This document shows positions 31,394-40,816 of a stretch of DNA of 51,821 bases, one piece after another. How positions within the stretch are numbered: the first letter of the stretch is position 1; each line of letters begins with the position of its first letter. Under the pieces are notes generated by a model. That model made no database searches, was not told the origin of the DNA, and worked only from the letters and a program-made list of their open reading frames with translations. The position numbers and the translations under genes were made by a program. Source of the DNA: Beijerinckiaceae bacterium (GTDB taxonomy: Bacteria; Pseudomonadota; Alphaproteobacteria; Rhizobiales; Beijerinckiaceae); assembly GCA_022702015.1 (NCBI GenBank), contig JAKONI010000109.1, forward strand, positions 1-51,821, read 5' to 3'.

Positions 31394-32755
31394 ATGTTGG
31401 GCCGCATCGGACTGCTCGGCCGGCTCATGCTGATCCTGATGGCGGCGTTGGGCGCGGTGATCGTCGCCGCCGTCGCCGTCGGCCATATCGAGCCGACGGT
31501 GCCGCCCCCGGTGCCGGCCACGCCCTATCCGCGCCTTGAACAGGCGGCGGGGGTGATCGACCTGCTGTCGCGCACCGATCCGACTCTGCGGCCGACCGTG
31601 CTGCGCGCGGTGGCCGGCATCCGCATGCGGGCCGCCATCCAGGACTCCCCGCCGCCCGAATCCCCGGACCAGCGACGGCTCCGGCATTCGGAGGCGATGA
31701 TCCGCGCCTTCTCTGAATCGCTCCCCCGGGCCGAGGCCGGTGCCGACGACGGCCTGCGGGTCTATGCTGGCCTCGAGACCGGCAAGACGTCCTCCCGGCC
31801 CGGCCGCACCGTCGCCAAACTCTCCGATGGCCATTACCTGGTGCTCGACGAAATCGAGGCGCCGCATCGGATCTCGCTGCAATTGTTCGGGCTGGCGCCG
31901 GGGCTGTGGATCGGCATCCTCGGCATCGCGGTGGCGGGGCTCGCGCTGCTCGGGGCGCAGCGGGAGATGCGCCCCCTGCGCCGCCTCAGCGCGGCGGCGG
32001 AGGCCTTCGACGGTACGCCGCCGTCCGGCCCCATCCCGGTCTCCGGGGCACCGGACGTGCGGCGCCTCGCCCGCTCGGTCCACGCCATGCAGGAGCGGGT
32101 GGCGGGGCTGTTGCAGGAGCGCTCGTTCCTGATCGGGGCCATCTCCCACGACCTGAAGACCTACCTCACCCGCCTGCGGCTGCGGGCGGAGGCCTGGCCC
32201 GAACCCGAGGGCCGGGAGCGCATGGCCGCCGACATCGACGCCATGACCGACCTCATCGAGACCTCCCTCGCCTTCGCCCGGGGCACGACGGTCTCGCAGA
32301 TCCGGGGCCGGGTGGACCTCGCGGACCTCGCGGCGGTGGAGGCGGCGGAGCGCTCGGCGCTCGGCCAGCCCGTGGCCCTCGTCGGGGACGAACTCGCCGA
32401 GGCGAGCGTGGCCGGGGATGCGATCGCCCTCCGGCGGGTGGTCGCCAACCTCGTGGACAACGCCGTGAAGTTCGGGCGCGACCGGGTCGAGATCGCGGTC
32501 AAGGCCGAGGCCGGCACATGCAGCCTGCGGGTGGAGGATGACGGCCCCGGCGTCGGCACCGTCGAGGCGGCGGCGATCTTCAGCCCGTTCTACCGGATCG
32601 AGGGCTCCCGCAACCGCCGCACCGGCGGCAGCGGGCTCGGCCTCGCCATCGCCCGCCAGATCGCCGAGGCCCATGGCGGGACGATCACGGTCTGCCCCGG
32701 GCACCTGGGCGGCGCATGCTTCACCCTTACCCTGCCCCGGGCCGTCACGGGGTAG
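31394..32755 (+). CDS. Membrane sensor histidine kinase (EnvZ-like)
   Basis: Two TM segments, HAMP, ISHDLKT, NLVDNAVKF, EDDGPG, GSGLGL. Confidence 0.93.
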   Translation: MLGRIGLLGRLMLILMAALGAVIVAAVAVGHIEPTVPPPVPATPYPRLEQAAGVIDLLSRTDPTLRPTVLRAVAGIRMRAAIQDSPPPESPDQRRLRHSEAMIRAFSESLPRAEAGADDGLRVYAGLETGKTSSRPGRTVAKLSDGHYLVLDEIEAPHRISLQLFGLAPGLWIGILGIAVAGLALLGAQREMRPLRRLSAAAEAFDGTPPSGPIPVSGAPDVRRLARSVHAMQERVAGLLQERSFLIGAISHDLKTYLTRLRLRAEAWPEPEGRERMAADIDAMTDLIETSLAFARGTTVSQIRGRVDLADLAAVEAAERSALGQPVALVGDELAEASVAGDAIALRRVVANLVDNAVKFGRDRVEIAVKAEAGTCSLRVEDDGPGVGTVEAAAIFSPFYRIEGSRNRRTGGSGLGLAIARQIAEAHGGTITVCPGHLGGACFTLTLPRAVTG

Positions 32756-32761
32756 GCCGGT

Positions 32762-33661
32762 TCACATAAGGTTGAGCACCGCCTCGGCGAAGGCCTCCGG
32801 CGCCTCCTGGGGCACGTTGTGGCCGATACCCGGCAGTCGCCGGTAGCGGTAGGGTCCGCTGAACTTCCGGGCGTCGCCGTCGTCGGACTGGGGGGGAAAC
32901 ACGCCTCCGTCGCTGCCCTCGAGGACGATCGTCGGCACGGCGATTGGCGGTTGCACGGCCAGCCGCGCCTCGATCCCGGCATAGGCCGGATCGCCCGGCA
33001 CGGCCCCGTACCGCACCCGGTAGGAGTGGATCACCACCTCCACGAAATCGGGGTTGTCGAAGGCGCTCGCCGTCCGCGCGAAAATCTCCTCATCGAAGGC
33101 CCAGTGCGGCGACCATTGCCGCCACAGCAGGCGGGCGATGCCGGCGCGGTCCTCCGTCAGCCCCGCCCGGCCGCGTTCGGTGTGGAAGTAATACTGGTAC
33201 CAGAGGCGGCATTCCGCCTCCGCCGAGGCGGGTCGGTTGGACCGGGCCACATCGTGCAGGTTGTAGCCGCTGCCGCCGGAGACGAGACCCCGCACCCGCT
33301 CCGGCCAGAGGGCGGCCACCACGCAGGCCGCCCGGCCGCCCCAATCGTAGCCCGCCAGCACCGCCCGCTCGATCCCGAGGGCATCGAGGAAGGCGAGGAG
33401 ATCCGCCCCGAGGGCTGCCTGCTCCCCGGATCGCGGCGTCGCCGGGTCGAGGAAGCGGGTCGGCCCGTAGCCGCGCAAGTACGGAACGAGGCAGCGCACC
33501 CCCTCGGCCGCGAGGCGTTCCGCCGCCGGCAGGCAGGCATGGGCATCGTAGGGGAAGCCGTGGAGCAGCACCGCCGTGGGCCCCCCGGCGGGGCCGGTCT
33601 CCCGGTAGGCGATGTCGAGGACGCCCGCCTGGACGTGCCTGAGGGAACCGGCTTCCACCAT
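32762..33661 (-). CDS. Alpha/beta hydrolase (epoxide-hydrolase-like)
   Basis: LLHGFP, LRGYG, GYDWGG nucleophile Asp, GHNVPQE. Confidence 0.9.
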   Translation of the reverse strand: MVEAGSLRHVQAGVLDIAYRETGPAGGPTAVLLHGFPYDAHACLPAAERLAAEGVRCLVPYLRGYGPTRFLDPATPRSGEQAALGADLLAFLDALGIERAVLAGYDWGGRAACVVAALWPERVRGLVSGGSGYNLHDVARSNRPASAEAECRLWYQYYFHTERGRAGLTEDRAGIARLLWRQWSPHWAFDEEIFARTASAFDNPDFVEVVIHSYRVRYGAVPGDPAYAGIEARLAVQPPIAVPTIVLEGSDGGVFPPQSDDGDARKFSGPYRYRRLPGIGHNVPQEAPEAFAEAVLNLM

Positions 33662-33776
33662 GTCCTGTCACCCTGCCCGGCTGTCCGCCGTCGGGAATTG
33701 CGTCGCATGCGCTTGCCAGGTCTGTCCAGCGCCCGACTTCCGTCGTCGGTTTCAGCGTGACGGGGGAGTGGCGACG

Positions 33777-34175
33777 ATGGGTTTGCTGGACGGAATCAAG
33801 GACATCATCGGCGATCTGGCCGCCGCCACCGAGCGGAGCATCGCGGAGGTGGGCGGGCGCAAGATTCCGATGGCCTTCGCCAAGTTCCACCCCGGGGGCC
33901 TGCCCGCCTATCTCGACCGCCTGCGGGAGGCCGGCCATGGCGCGGAGGTCGAGTCCTGGCTCGGCGGGACCGATCCCCATCCCATCCCGGCGGCGGCGAT
34001 CGCCGCGAGCCTGCCGGCGCCGGTCGCGGCCGCCATCGCGAACGACCTGTCCCTGCCGCCCGAGCGCCTGCCCACGGCGCTGGCCGAGTTCCTTCCGGCG
34101 GCCGTCACCGGGCTCAGCGAGAACGGGCGGTTGAAGCCCCAGCCGGTCTTCACCAGCACCCAGGTCATAGGCTGA
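33777..34175 (+). CDS. YidB/DUF937-family protein (divergent copy)
   Basis: MGLLD, GGL...L...G.G..V.SWLG, LAEFLP...S.NGRL. Confidence 0.75.
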   Translation: MGLLDGIKDIIGDLAAATERSIAEVGGRKIPMAFAKFHPGGLPAYLDRLREAGHGAEVESWLGGTDPHPIPAAAIAASLPAPVAAAIANDLSLPPERLPTALAEFLPAAVTGLSENGRLKPQPVFTSTQVIG

Positions 34176-34186
34176 CGCGCCACCCC

Positions 34187-34238
34187 GATCCCCTGTCTTT
34201 CCCGGCGGGCGGGATCCCCTTGCTTTCCCGGCGGGCGG
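34187..34238 (+). repeat. 26-bp tandem duplication (24/26 identical)
   Basis: gatcccctgtctttcccggcgggcgg / gatccccttgctttcccggcgggcgg. Confidence 0.8.
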
Positions 34239-34293
34239 GCTCCCCCGATGTCCCGCCCGCGCTACAATCGTCGGTATCGTTGGGGGACCGGAT

Positions 34294-34623
34294 ATGAGCT
34301 TGTTCGATTCGCTGGGACAGATGGCCCTGAAGGCCCTGCCGGGCCTGCTGCAGGAGGTGCTCCCGGGCGGCCTGAACGCGCTGCTCGATCAGCTTCGCCG
34401 CTCCGGCTACGAAAGCCAGGTCAACTCCTGGCTCGGGCGCGGCCCGAACGAGCCGATCACCGCCGACGATCTGCGGAAGGTCATGGGCAACGCGCAGGTT
34501 CGCGAACTCGCCACCAAGCTCGGCATTCCCGTGGAGCAACTCTTTCCGACCCTGGCCAAGGCCCTACCGGAGGCGGTGGACCAGCACAGCCCGGACGGTC
34601 GCCTGCCCTCACCCCAGGGCTGA
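34294..34623 (+). CDS. YidB/DUF937-family protein
   Basis: GGLNALLDQL..SG...QVNSWLG.GPNEPI...LP..VDQ.SPDGRLP. Confidence 0.88.
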   Translation: MSLFDSLGQMALKALPGLLQEVLPGGLNALLDQLRRSGYESQVNSWLGRGPNEPITADDLRKVMGNAQVRELATKLGIPVEQLFPTLAKALPEAVDQHSPDGRLPSPQG

Positions 34624-34643
34624 GCGCCGCCCCGAAACGCGAA

Positions 34644-34666
34644 CGGCGGCCCCGGGGGGGCCGCCG
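34644..34666. terminator. Hairpin terminator between convergent genes
   Basis: cggcggcccc-ggg-ggggccgccg with a ttcgcgtttc tail on the minus strand. Confidence 0.6.
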
Positions 34667-34690
34667 CATCGTCCGGCCGCGGGTGGCGGC

Positions 34691-36220
34691 TCAGTTGCTC
34701 GCGAGCTGGGACATCGGGTCCACCGGAGCCCCGCTCTTGCGGATCTCGAAGTGGAGCTGGGGCGAGGTCACGTTGCCGGAAGCGCCGGACTTGGCGATCG
34801 TCTGGCCACGCTTGACCTTGTCGCCGGGCTTCACGTCGAGCTCGCCGTTATGGGCGTAGGCCGAGACGAAGCCGTTGGCGTGGCGCACCAAGACCAACTT
34901 GCCGTAGCCCTTCACGTCCGAGCCCGCATAGGCGACGGTGCCGTCCTCGGCGGCCTTCACCGCCGTGCCCTCGGGGAGGGCGATGTTGATGCCCTCGTTG
35001 CCCGACGAGCCGTAGCCGGCGATGACCCGGCCCTTGGCCGGCCAGCGGAAGTTCTCGGCGTCCGCCTGCGCGGCGACCGCAGCCGTGGCGGCGGGTTCCG
35101 GCTTGGCCGGCTCGGCCTTCGCCACCTCGGCCTTCGCCGGGGCCTTGGCCACCTCGGCCTTGGCGGTCTTCTCGGCGGCGGCCTTGTCCTTGGCGCGCTC
35201 GGCGGACGCCTGCTTCGCGGCGTCCTTGGCCGTCTCCTTGGCCGCTTCCTTCGCCGCGTCGCGGGCGGCCTTGGCCTCGGCGAGCTTCTGGGCCGCCTCG
35301 GCCTTCGCCGCCGACTTGGCCTCCTCGCGGGCCTTGTCCGCCTTGGCCTCGGCCTTGGTCTCGCCCTTCGTCTCGCCCTTGGCGGTCTGGCCCGGACGTA
35401 GGTGCTGCTTCTTGTCGGCCTCCTTGAGGGCGGCGAGCTTGCGCGCCTTCTCCTCGGCGGCCTTCGCTTCGGCGGCCTTGGCTACCGCGACCTTGGCTTC
35501 CGCGGCCTTGAGCTCGGCGACCTTGCGGGCGGCCAGCTCCTTGGCCTCCCTCTCCTTGGCCTCGCGACCATCCTTCTCCCTGGCGGCGAGGCGCTTGGCC
35601 TCCTGCGCCTTCTCGGCGGCCCTGGCCTCCTTCTCCCGGGCCTCGAGGGCCTTGGCGTCCTCGCGCCGCTCCTCGGCGGCCCGCGCCGGGCGGGCCGTCA
35701 TGGAAGCCGCCGCCGGGTTCAGGCCGGCGACGTTGCTGTAGGAGGGGATGACGAGCTCCCGGCCCGGCGTGACCTGGCTGGCGCTCGTCAGGCCGTTGGC
35801 CTGGAGGATCGCCGAGGCCGGCACGCCGTAGCGGGTCGCCATCTGCTGGAGGCTGTCGTTCTTGGCGACGGTGATCCGGGTACCGCCCTGCGCGCTCCAG
35901 CCGGACGAGCCGACGGAGGCCGTGCGGGTCGGAGTGGCGGCGGCCGGCGCGGGGATCGTACTGGCCATCGGCGCCGGACGCGACGCCCCCGGGGCGCCCA
36001 GCGCCTCGGACTGGATCCGCCCGGTGCGCAGGGGCGCCACCGGCTTGGGATCGTCGTCGGGCAGGCTGCCGGTGGCGGCGGGCTCCCCGAACGGATTGGT
36101 AAAGGGGCTGCTCAACCGCGACGCATCGGAGGAACAGGCCGCCGCTCCACCGCCGATGATCCCCACAAGGGCAAAGCGTGACAACGTCCGCAACCCTTTC
36201 ACAGCACCTCGCACCCGCAT
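34691..36220 (-). CDS. LysM + degenerate M23 lipoprotein (NlpD/DipM-like) with a long Ala/Lys/Glu helical spacer
   Basis: Lipobox-like AAAC, LysM (DSL..MA.RYGV....I..AN), FRWP.KG, NEGINI, AYAHN, QLHFEIR. Confidence 0.9.
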   Translation of the reverse strand: MRVRGAVKGLRTLSRFALVGIIGGGAAACSSDASRLSSPFTNPFGEPAATGSLPDDDPKPVAPLRTGRIQSEALGAPGASRPAPMASTIPAPAAATPTRTASVGSSGWSAQGGTRITVAKNDSLQQMATRYGVPASAILQANGLTSASQVTPGRELVIPSYSNVAGLNPAAASMTARPARAAEERREDAKALEAREKEARAAEKAQEAKRLAAREKDGREAKEREAKELAARKVAELKAAEAKVAVAKAAEAKAAEEKARKLAALKEADKKQHLRPGQTAKGETKGETKAEAKADKAREEAKSAAKAEAAQKLAEAKAARDAAKEAAKETAKDAAKQASAERAKDKAAAEKTAKAEVAKAPAKAEVAKAEPAKPEPAATAAVAAQADAENFRWPAKGRVIAGYGSSGNEGINIALPEGTAVKAAEDGTVAYAGSDVKGYGKLVLVRHANGFVSAYAHNGELDVKPGDKVKRGQTIAKSGASGNVTSPQLHFEIRKSGAPVDPMSQLASN

Positions 36221-36387
36221 CGACGCACCCGCCCGCACCACGCTACCCGATGCCCCAATGAAGCCGGATTCAGGTTAAGCAACCGTTCCCGTTCACCATA
36301 GCCGGAGCGTCTTTCAGGCCGGGGGAACCCGATGCGGACCGATCCCGGCGCCTTTCACCGGGGGTCGGGAGCCCCCACATCCTCCTG

Positions 36388-36918
36388 ATGTTCAAGCTGT
36401 CTTTCCCGCGCGACAGCCTCGCCGACCTGCCGCCCCTGGAGACGCCGCGCCTGACGATCGGGTCGCTCCTCCCGGAGGATGCCTGCGACCTGCGCCGCCT
36501 CACGGACGACCCCGCCATCACCGGCGCCGTCGACTTTCTCCCCGAGCCCTTCACCCTAGACGACGCGCGGGACCTCATCCGCGGGGGCAACCGGGACAGC
36601 GACCGGTTCCTCGGTGCCCGGATGCGGGACGGGGAGGCGGCGCTCGCGGGCGTCATCGGCGCCCATCTGCGCGGGCCGGGGGCGATCGAGATCGGCTACT
36701 GGGTCGGCGGCGCGGCGAGGGGGCGCGGCCTCGCCTTCGAGGGCGTGTCGGCGCTGCTCGGGCTGCTGGCCCGGCGCTTTCCCCGCCGGGTCGCGGTCGC
36801 GGAGTGCCGCCCGGGGAACGTCGCCTCCTGGAACCTCCTGCGCAAACTCGGCTTCCGCGAGACCGGCGAGGACGGCCACCGCCCCGGACGGCGGCTGCTC
36901 GCACTCAAGCGCCGCTGA
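36388..36918 (+). CDS. RimJ/RimL-type GNAT N-acetyltransferase
   Basis: LETPRL, EIGYWV...RGRGLA.E, N.ASW.LLRKLGF. Confidence 0.9.
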   Translation: MFKLSFPRDSLADLPPLETPRLTIGSLLPEDACDLRRLTDDPAITGAVDFLPEPFTLDDARDLIRGGNRDSDRFLGARMRDGEAALAGVIGAHLRGPGAIEIGYWVGGAARGRGLAFEGVSALLGLLARRFPRRVAVAECRPGNVASWNLLRKLGFRETGEDGHRPGRRLLALKRR

Positions 36919-36933
36919 CCGCCCCCGGAAACG

Positions 36934-36967
36934 CGAAACGCCCCGGACTCGCGTCCGGGGCGTTTCG
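36934..36967. terminator. Bidirectional intrinsic terminator
   Basis: Perfect 15-bp stem cgaaacgccccggac-tcgc-gtccggggcgtttcg. Confidence 0.8.
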
Positions 36968-36987
36968 GTCGGAGCGGGATCCGGCGA

Positions 36988-38247
36988 TCAGAAGGTGATG
37001 CCGGTCTCGACCATGTAGCGGTCCTGCGAGGTCTTGTTGCCGTCGCGGCCGAAGCCGGTGCCGAGGGTGCCGGCCAGCAGGTTGCCCCGGGTGATGCCGC
37101 CGAGTTCGACGTGGGCGTATTCCAGCCGCAGGAAGTAGCGGTCCCAGGTGAAGGTCGGGGTCACGGTCACGGAGAAGGCGTTGCTGCCCGCGCCGTAGAG
37201 AAGGCTCGTCGTGCCCGAGCCGCGCACGCCGGTCTGCTCCTCGTACTCGACACGGCCCGCGAGGGCGAAGTTGTCGGTGAAGGAGTAGGCCGCCAGCAGG
37301 GCGCCGCCGTATGTAGAGGCGGTGTCGAAGATGCCCACCCGCACGTCACGCTCGACGTTGGTGAACTGGAAGTACGGCGTGATGATCCACGGGCCGTTGC
37401 TGTAGGTGTAGTTGATGTTGAAGATGCCGCTGTTCTGCTGGAAGCCCGGCGTGGCGAACTGGTAGCGCAGGCTCTGGGCGAAGGCGTTCTGCCGGCCGAG
37501 GTTCACGCCGCCGTTCACGCCGATCGTATTGGAATCGTCGATCTTGTAGGCGACGTTGCCGGTGAACCACGTGATGTCGCCGGAGAAGAACCCGTCGGTC
37601 CCGGCCACGGAGACCGACCACGGGCCCTCGGCCCAGTTCACCTGCACGCCGTGATTGATCACGTTCTCCTGCGCGAACAGCAGGCCGCGGTTGATGTTGA
37701 GGTTCTGGAACGTGAACGGCGCCTCGGAGCCGATGATGGTCGGCATGCGGCCGCCCTGCACCGACCATGCGTCGTTGATCTGGATCTTGCCGAAGGCCAC
37801 CGGCAGGGGGGTGAAGAGCAGGTCGGTCTGCGTGATGGAGCTGTAGTTGGCGATGCCGAGACCCGGGATCGCGTAGCCGCCGCCCTGCACGTAGAACTGG
37901 AACATGCCCTCGGGCTTCTGGACCCAGCCCTGGAGGTTCGAGAAGTCGAACCGGCCGGCGCGGTCGGCGGTGGAGCCGGGGGGCGCGAAGGCGGCCGGGA
38001 AGGGGTTGTTCTGCACGTAGCCGTACCCGGTCAGGGCGCCGCCGACGTAGATGTCGCCCAGGGCCCCCACCGCGAAGCAGGTCGGGGTCGGGTTCGCCTT
38101 GATCACCCCACCATAGGCCGGACCGATCAGGGTCGCCTTGCAGGGCTCGGCGGGGGGCGGGACCGGGGTCGGCGCCGGCATGTCGGCCGAGAAGCCCGCC
38201 GTCGAGGAGAGCAGGGCGGCGACAAGACCGGCCAGGGTGGAGCGCAT
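36988..38247 (-). CDS. Outer-membrane beta-barrel protein (putative porin)
   Basis: Signal peptide (..SADMP), alternating aromatic beta strands, C-terminal Phe (ETGITF). Confidence 0.8.
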   Translation of the reverse strand: MRSTLAGLVAALLSSTAGFSADMPAPTPVPPPAEPCKATLIGPAYGGVIKANPTPTCFAVGALGDIYVGGALTGYGYVQNNPFPAAFAPPGSTADRAGRFDFSNLQGWVQKPEGMFQFYVQGGGYAIPGLGIANYSSITQTDLLFTPLPVAFGKIQINDAWSVQGGRMPTIIGSEAPFTFQNLNINRGLLFAQENVINHGVQVNWAEGPWSVSVAGTDGFFSGDITWFTGNVAYKIDDSNTIGVNGGVNLGRQNAFAQSLRYQFATPGFQQNSGIFNINYTYSNGPWIITPYFQFTNVERDVRVGIFDTASTYGGALLAAYSFTDNFALAGRVEYEEQTGVRGSGTTSLLYGAGSNAFSVTVTPTFTWDRYFLRLEYAHVELGGITRGNLLAGTLGTGFGRDGNKTSQDRYMVETGITF

Positions 38248-38333
38248 CGGCATGATCTCGGTGCCTAGTTCGAGTGATCTACGGCCAAGCTGCCACCAGG
38301 TGCATTTCAGCACAAAAGCAAAGATTCGCCATC

Positions 38334-38350
38334 TGCTCAGTTTTTGTGCA
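38334..38350. promoter_or_regulatory. Possible NtrC-type site TGCTCAG-TTT-TTGTGCA upstream of the porin gene
   Basis: 17-bp TGC-N11-GCA with an AT-rich core, in an AT-rich upstream region. Confidence 0.4.
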
Positions 38351-38456
38351 ATTCCTGGACTGCAAAGGTTTTGGCTTTTCGCATGTGACTTTGTCGCCAC
38401 ATCCCCAATGCTGGTTGTAAATTTCCCATAAGGATCGAGGACAGGTTCCGGCCGGC

Positions 38457-39311
38457 TCAATCCCTGGTTTGGTGGCCGAGCGGGTCGCAGCGGTAGCCTC
38501 CGTATTGTCCTTGCGCGAGTCGCTCGGCCAATGCGGGAAGGAAGACCGCCGCTTCCCCGGCCAGCGGCCAGGGGGGATTGACGACGACGAGACCGCTGCC
38601 GCTCAGCCGGGTCGGATCGTCCGGCCGGTGGATGTGGAGGTCGAGGCGCAGGGCGGGCCGGCCGAGGCCGGCATCCAGGTCGGCGGCCATCCGGTCGATC
38701 GCGGCCACGTCCTTGATCGGGTACCAGGCGAGGAAGATCCCCGTCGGCCATTTCGCCACGGCGCGCAGGAGATGGGCGCCGAGGCGCCCCACCTCTCCCG
38801 GCACCTCGTAGGGCGGATCGATCAGCACGAGGCCCCGGCGCTCGGGCGGGGGGATCTGCGCGTTGATCGCCGTCCAGCCGTCGAGGTGCATCACCTTCGT
38901 GCGGGAATCGGCGTTGTAGCGCTCCCGCAGCACGGCCGCGTCCGCCGGGTGCAGTTCGACGAAGACCCCCCGGTCCCCCGGCCGGAGGAATTCGCGGATC
39001 ACCGCCGGCGAACCGGGGTAGGACGTGGCACCGTGGCGCGCGCGGGTCGCGGCCACCGCCTCCCGGTAGGGGGCGAGCAGGGCCTCCATCGGGTCGGGGA
39101 AGGGCGCGGCGAGGCGGCCCCAGCCGTCGTGCCATTCCCCGGTGCGCCGGGCCTCGTCGCCGCCCAGGTCATAGAAGCCCAGGCCGGCGAAGGCGTCGAG
39201 GGCCCGGAACGGCTTGTCCTTCACGCACAGGTAGGCGAGCACCCGGGCGAGCACGAGGTGCTTGAGGACGTCGGCGTGGTTTCCCGCGTGGAAGGCGTGC
39301 CGGTAATTCAT
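38457..39311 (-). CDS. rlmJ: 23S rRNA m6A2030 methyltransferase
   Basis: MNYRHAFHAGNHADVLKH, YPGSP, ELHP, LIDPPYE, WYPIK, VNPPW. Confidence 0.96.
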   Translation of the reverse strand: MNYRHAFHAGNHADVLKHLVLARVLAYLCVKDKPFRALDAFAGLGFYDLGGDEARRTGEWHDGWGRLAAPFPDPMEALLAPYREAVAATRARHGATSYPGSPAVIREFLRPGDRGVFVELHPADAAVLRERYNADSRTKVMHLDGWTAINAQIPPPERRGLVLIDPPYEVPGEVGRLGAHLLRAVAKWPTGIFLAWYPIKDVAAIDRMAADLDAGLGRPALRLDLHIHRPDDPTRLSGSGLVVVNPPWPLAGEAAVFLPALAERLAQGQYGGYRCDPLGHQTRD

Positions 39312-39376
39312 GCCCGCCGGTCAAGCGGATCCGGCGCCCCGGGTCCAGCGTTCCGACGCGATCTTGTGCGAAATTC

Positions 39377-40048
39377 TCACCGCGCTGCGTCGAGGGCGAC
39401 CTCCGGGGCGCGGCAATTGCCCCGGGCGAGGTCCGGGCACGGGGTGAAGCCGCGCAGATCCTTCGACAGGCAGATTCGCACCTCGGTGAGCCGACCCCGG
39501 GCGCAGGCCACCGCCATCATGTCGGGCCGCAGCCCCTGGTTGGCCGAGACGAACTGGCGGGCGATGTCGATGGGCGCGAGGCGCTGGCCACCGGCCTTCA
39601 GCCCCTCGGGAATGGTCACCGCCAGACGGGCGGTCCGGGCGGCGGCGAAATAGGCGGCGGGGTCGAGCCCCGAGCAGGTGCCGTGTTTGCGCCACTCGTA
39701 CCGGGCCAGGCCCTCGCTCGGGTACACCTGGCCGGCCGCGTCCATTGCCTGCCGGGTGATCGGGCGGTCCACGGCGGAGCAATTCTCCGGGTAGCCCCGG
39801 GCATATTGCGGCCATAGGCCGTGCAACACGAAACCCAGCCCCCGCCCCGACGCGCATTGCGCTTCGTCCCGGCGGGCTCCCTCGCCCGCGCAGTAGGTCG
39901 GCGACCAGGACAGGGCGAGAACGTAGAAGTCGAAATCGCCGGGGGCGCCCCGGCGGGAGAAGCCCCCGTAATCCTGGGCTGTCGCCGCGCCTGCGGCCAA
40001 GACCGGGACCAAGAAGCCGGCCAAGAGGGCGGCCGAAAGTCCGTTCAA
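39377..40048 (-). CDS. Secreted ribonuclease T2 family protein (start uncertain, TTG)
   Basis: LALSWSP.YC, FVLHGLWP (CAS I), YEWRKHGTC (CAS II), EVRICL. Confidence 0.92.
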   Translation of the reverse strand: MNGLSAALLAGFLVPVLAAGAATAQDYGGFSRRGAPGDFDFYVLALSWSPTYCAGEGARRDEAQCASGRGLGFVLHGLWPQYARGYPENCSAVDRPITRQAMDAAGQVYPSEGLARYEWRKHGTCSGLDPAAYFAAARTARLAVTIPEGLKAGGQRLAPIDIARQFVSANQGLRPDMMAVACARGRLTEVRICLSKDLRGFTPCPDLARGNCRAPEVALDAAR

Positions 40049-40080
40049 GCGGCCGGACCCGGCCCGGGCCGTCCGTAGCC

Positions 40081-40545
40081 TCACGGGCGGGCCATGCGGC
40101 AGGCGGTGGCGTAGGCGTAGGCCAGGTCCCGGTCGAGGCCGTGGACGCAGAACTCGACACCCCAGGTCGCCCCGATAATGCCGAGGCTCTCGCGGACGGA
40201 ATAATCGATCTTGCGCTGCTGCCCGTCCGAGGTTGTGGCCACGGCCGTGCAGAACCGGCGCGGGTAGGTGTCGAGCCCCCAGGGGCGCCACGCCGTCCGC
40301 TCGATCCGGTCGAAGGACAGGATCGTCATCGAGGAGTTCCAGAACTTCGCCTCCTTCTCCGCGAAGTTGGTGGCGACCGTCTCCAGGACGCTCGGATCCT
40401 GGCATCCGGGGATCTGCGCGTCGAAGGGGAAGACTCGCTCCTCGGCGGGCTCGATATCCTCACGGGCGGAGCGAGCCTGAGCCGCACCCGCGATCGTCAG
40501 GCCGAGCACGAGGCCGACGGAAATACGGCGGAGGAGGGGGCGCAT
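40081..40545 (-). CDS. Secreted hypothetical protein with four Cys
   Basis: Signal peptide ending AQA; GCQD, RRFC, VEFCV.G.DR..AY...C pattern. Confidence 0.75.
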   Translation of the reverse strand: MRPLLRRISVGLVLGLTIAGAAQARSAREDIEPAEERVFPFDAQIPGCQDPSVLETVATNFAEKEAKFWNSSMTILSFDRIERTAWRPWGLDTYPRRFCTAVATTSDGQQRKIDYSVRESLGIIGATWGVEFCVHGLDRDLAYAYATACRMARP

Positions 40546-40678
40546 GACGTGGATCCTGACCGGCATCGGAGGACGATGGCCGGAGCGCGCCCCCAGTCAA
40601 GCCGGAGGGCCGACGGGACGGCGCATTGGTCGAACGGTGCGGCGCGGACGCAACGGTGCGCGTCGGCGCCCGCCCACC

Positions 40679-40816
40679 TCAGCGCGGGTGAGGCGTGGAG
40701 GTCGTATCGGGCGGCGTGGCGGGGACGACGGGCGTCGCCTTCGTCCACCACAGGCCGATCAGGAGGATTCCCACGAAAACCGCGGCAACGAAGCCGCCGA
40801 GCATCAAGCGTCGCAT
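40679..40816 (-). CDS. 45-aa single-pass membrane peptide
   Basis: MRRLMLGGFVAAVFVGILLIGLWWTKATPVVPATPPDTTSTPHPR; fills an otherwise empty gap. Confidence 0.5.
   Translation of the reverse strand: MRRLMLGGFVAAVFVGILLIGLWWTKATPVVPATPPDTTSTPHPR

Noticed and set aside
35100-35690. Repetitive gccttggcc/gccttcgcc-rich DNA as a repeat element
   Set aside because: Explained by the Ala/Lys/Glu-rich coding spacer of the LysM/M23 protein
38318-38331. TGGCGAATCTTTGC as a sigma54 promoter for the porin
   Set aside because: The GG-to-GC spacing is 9 nt instead of the required 10
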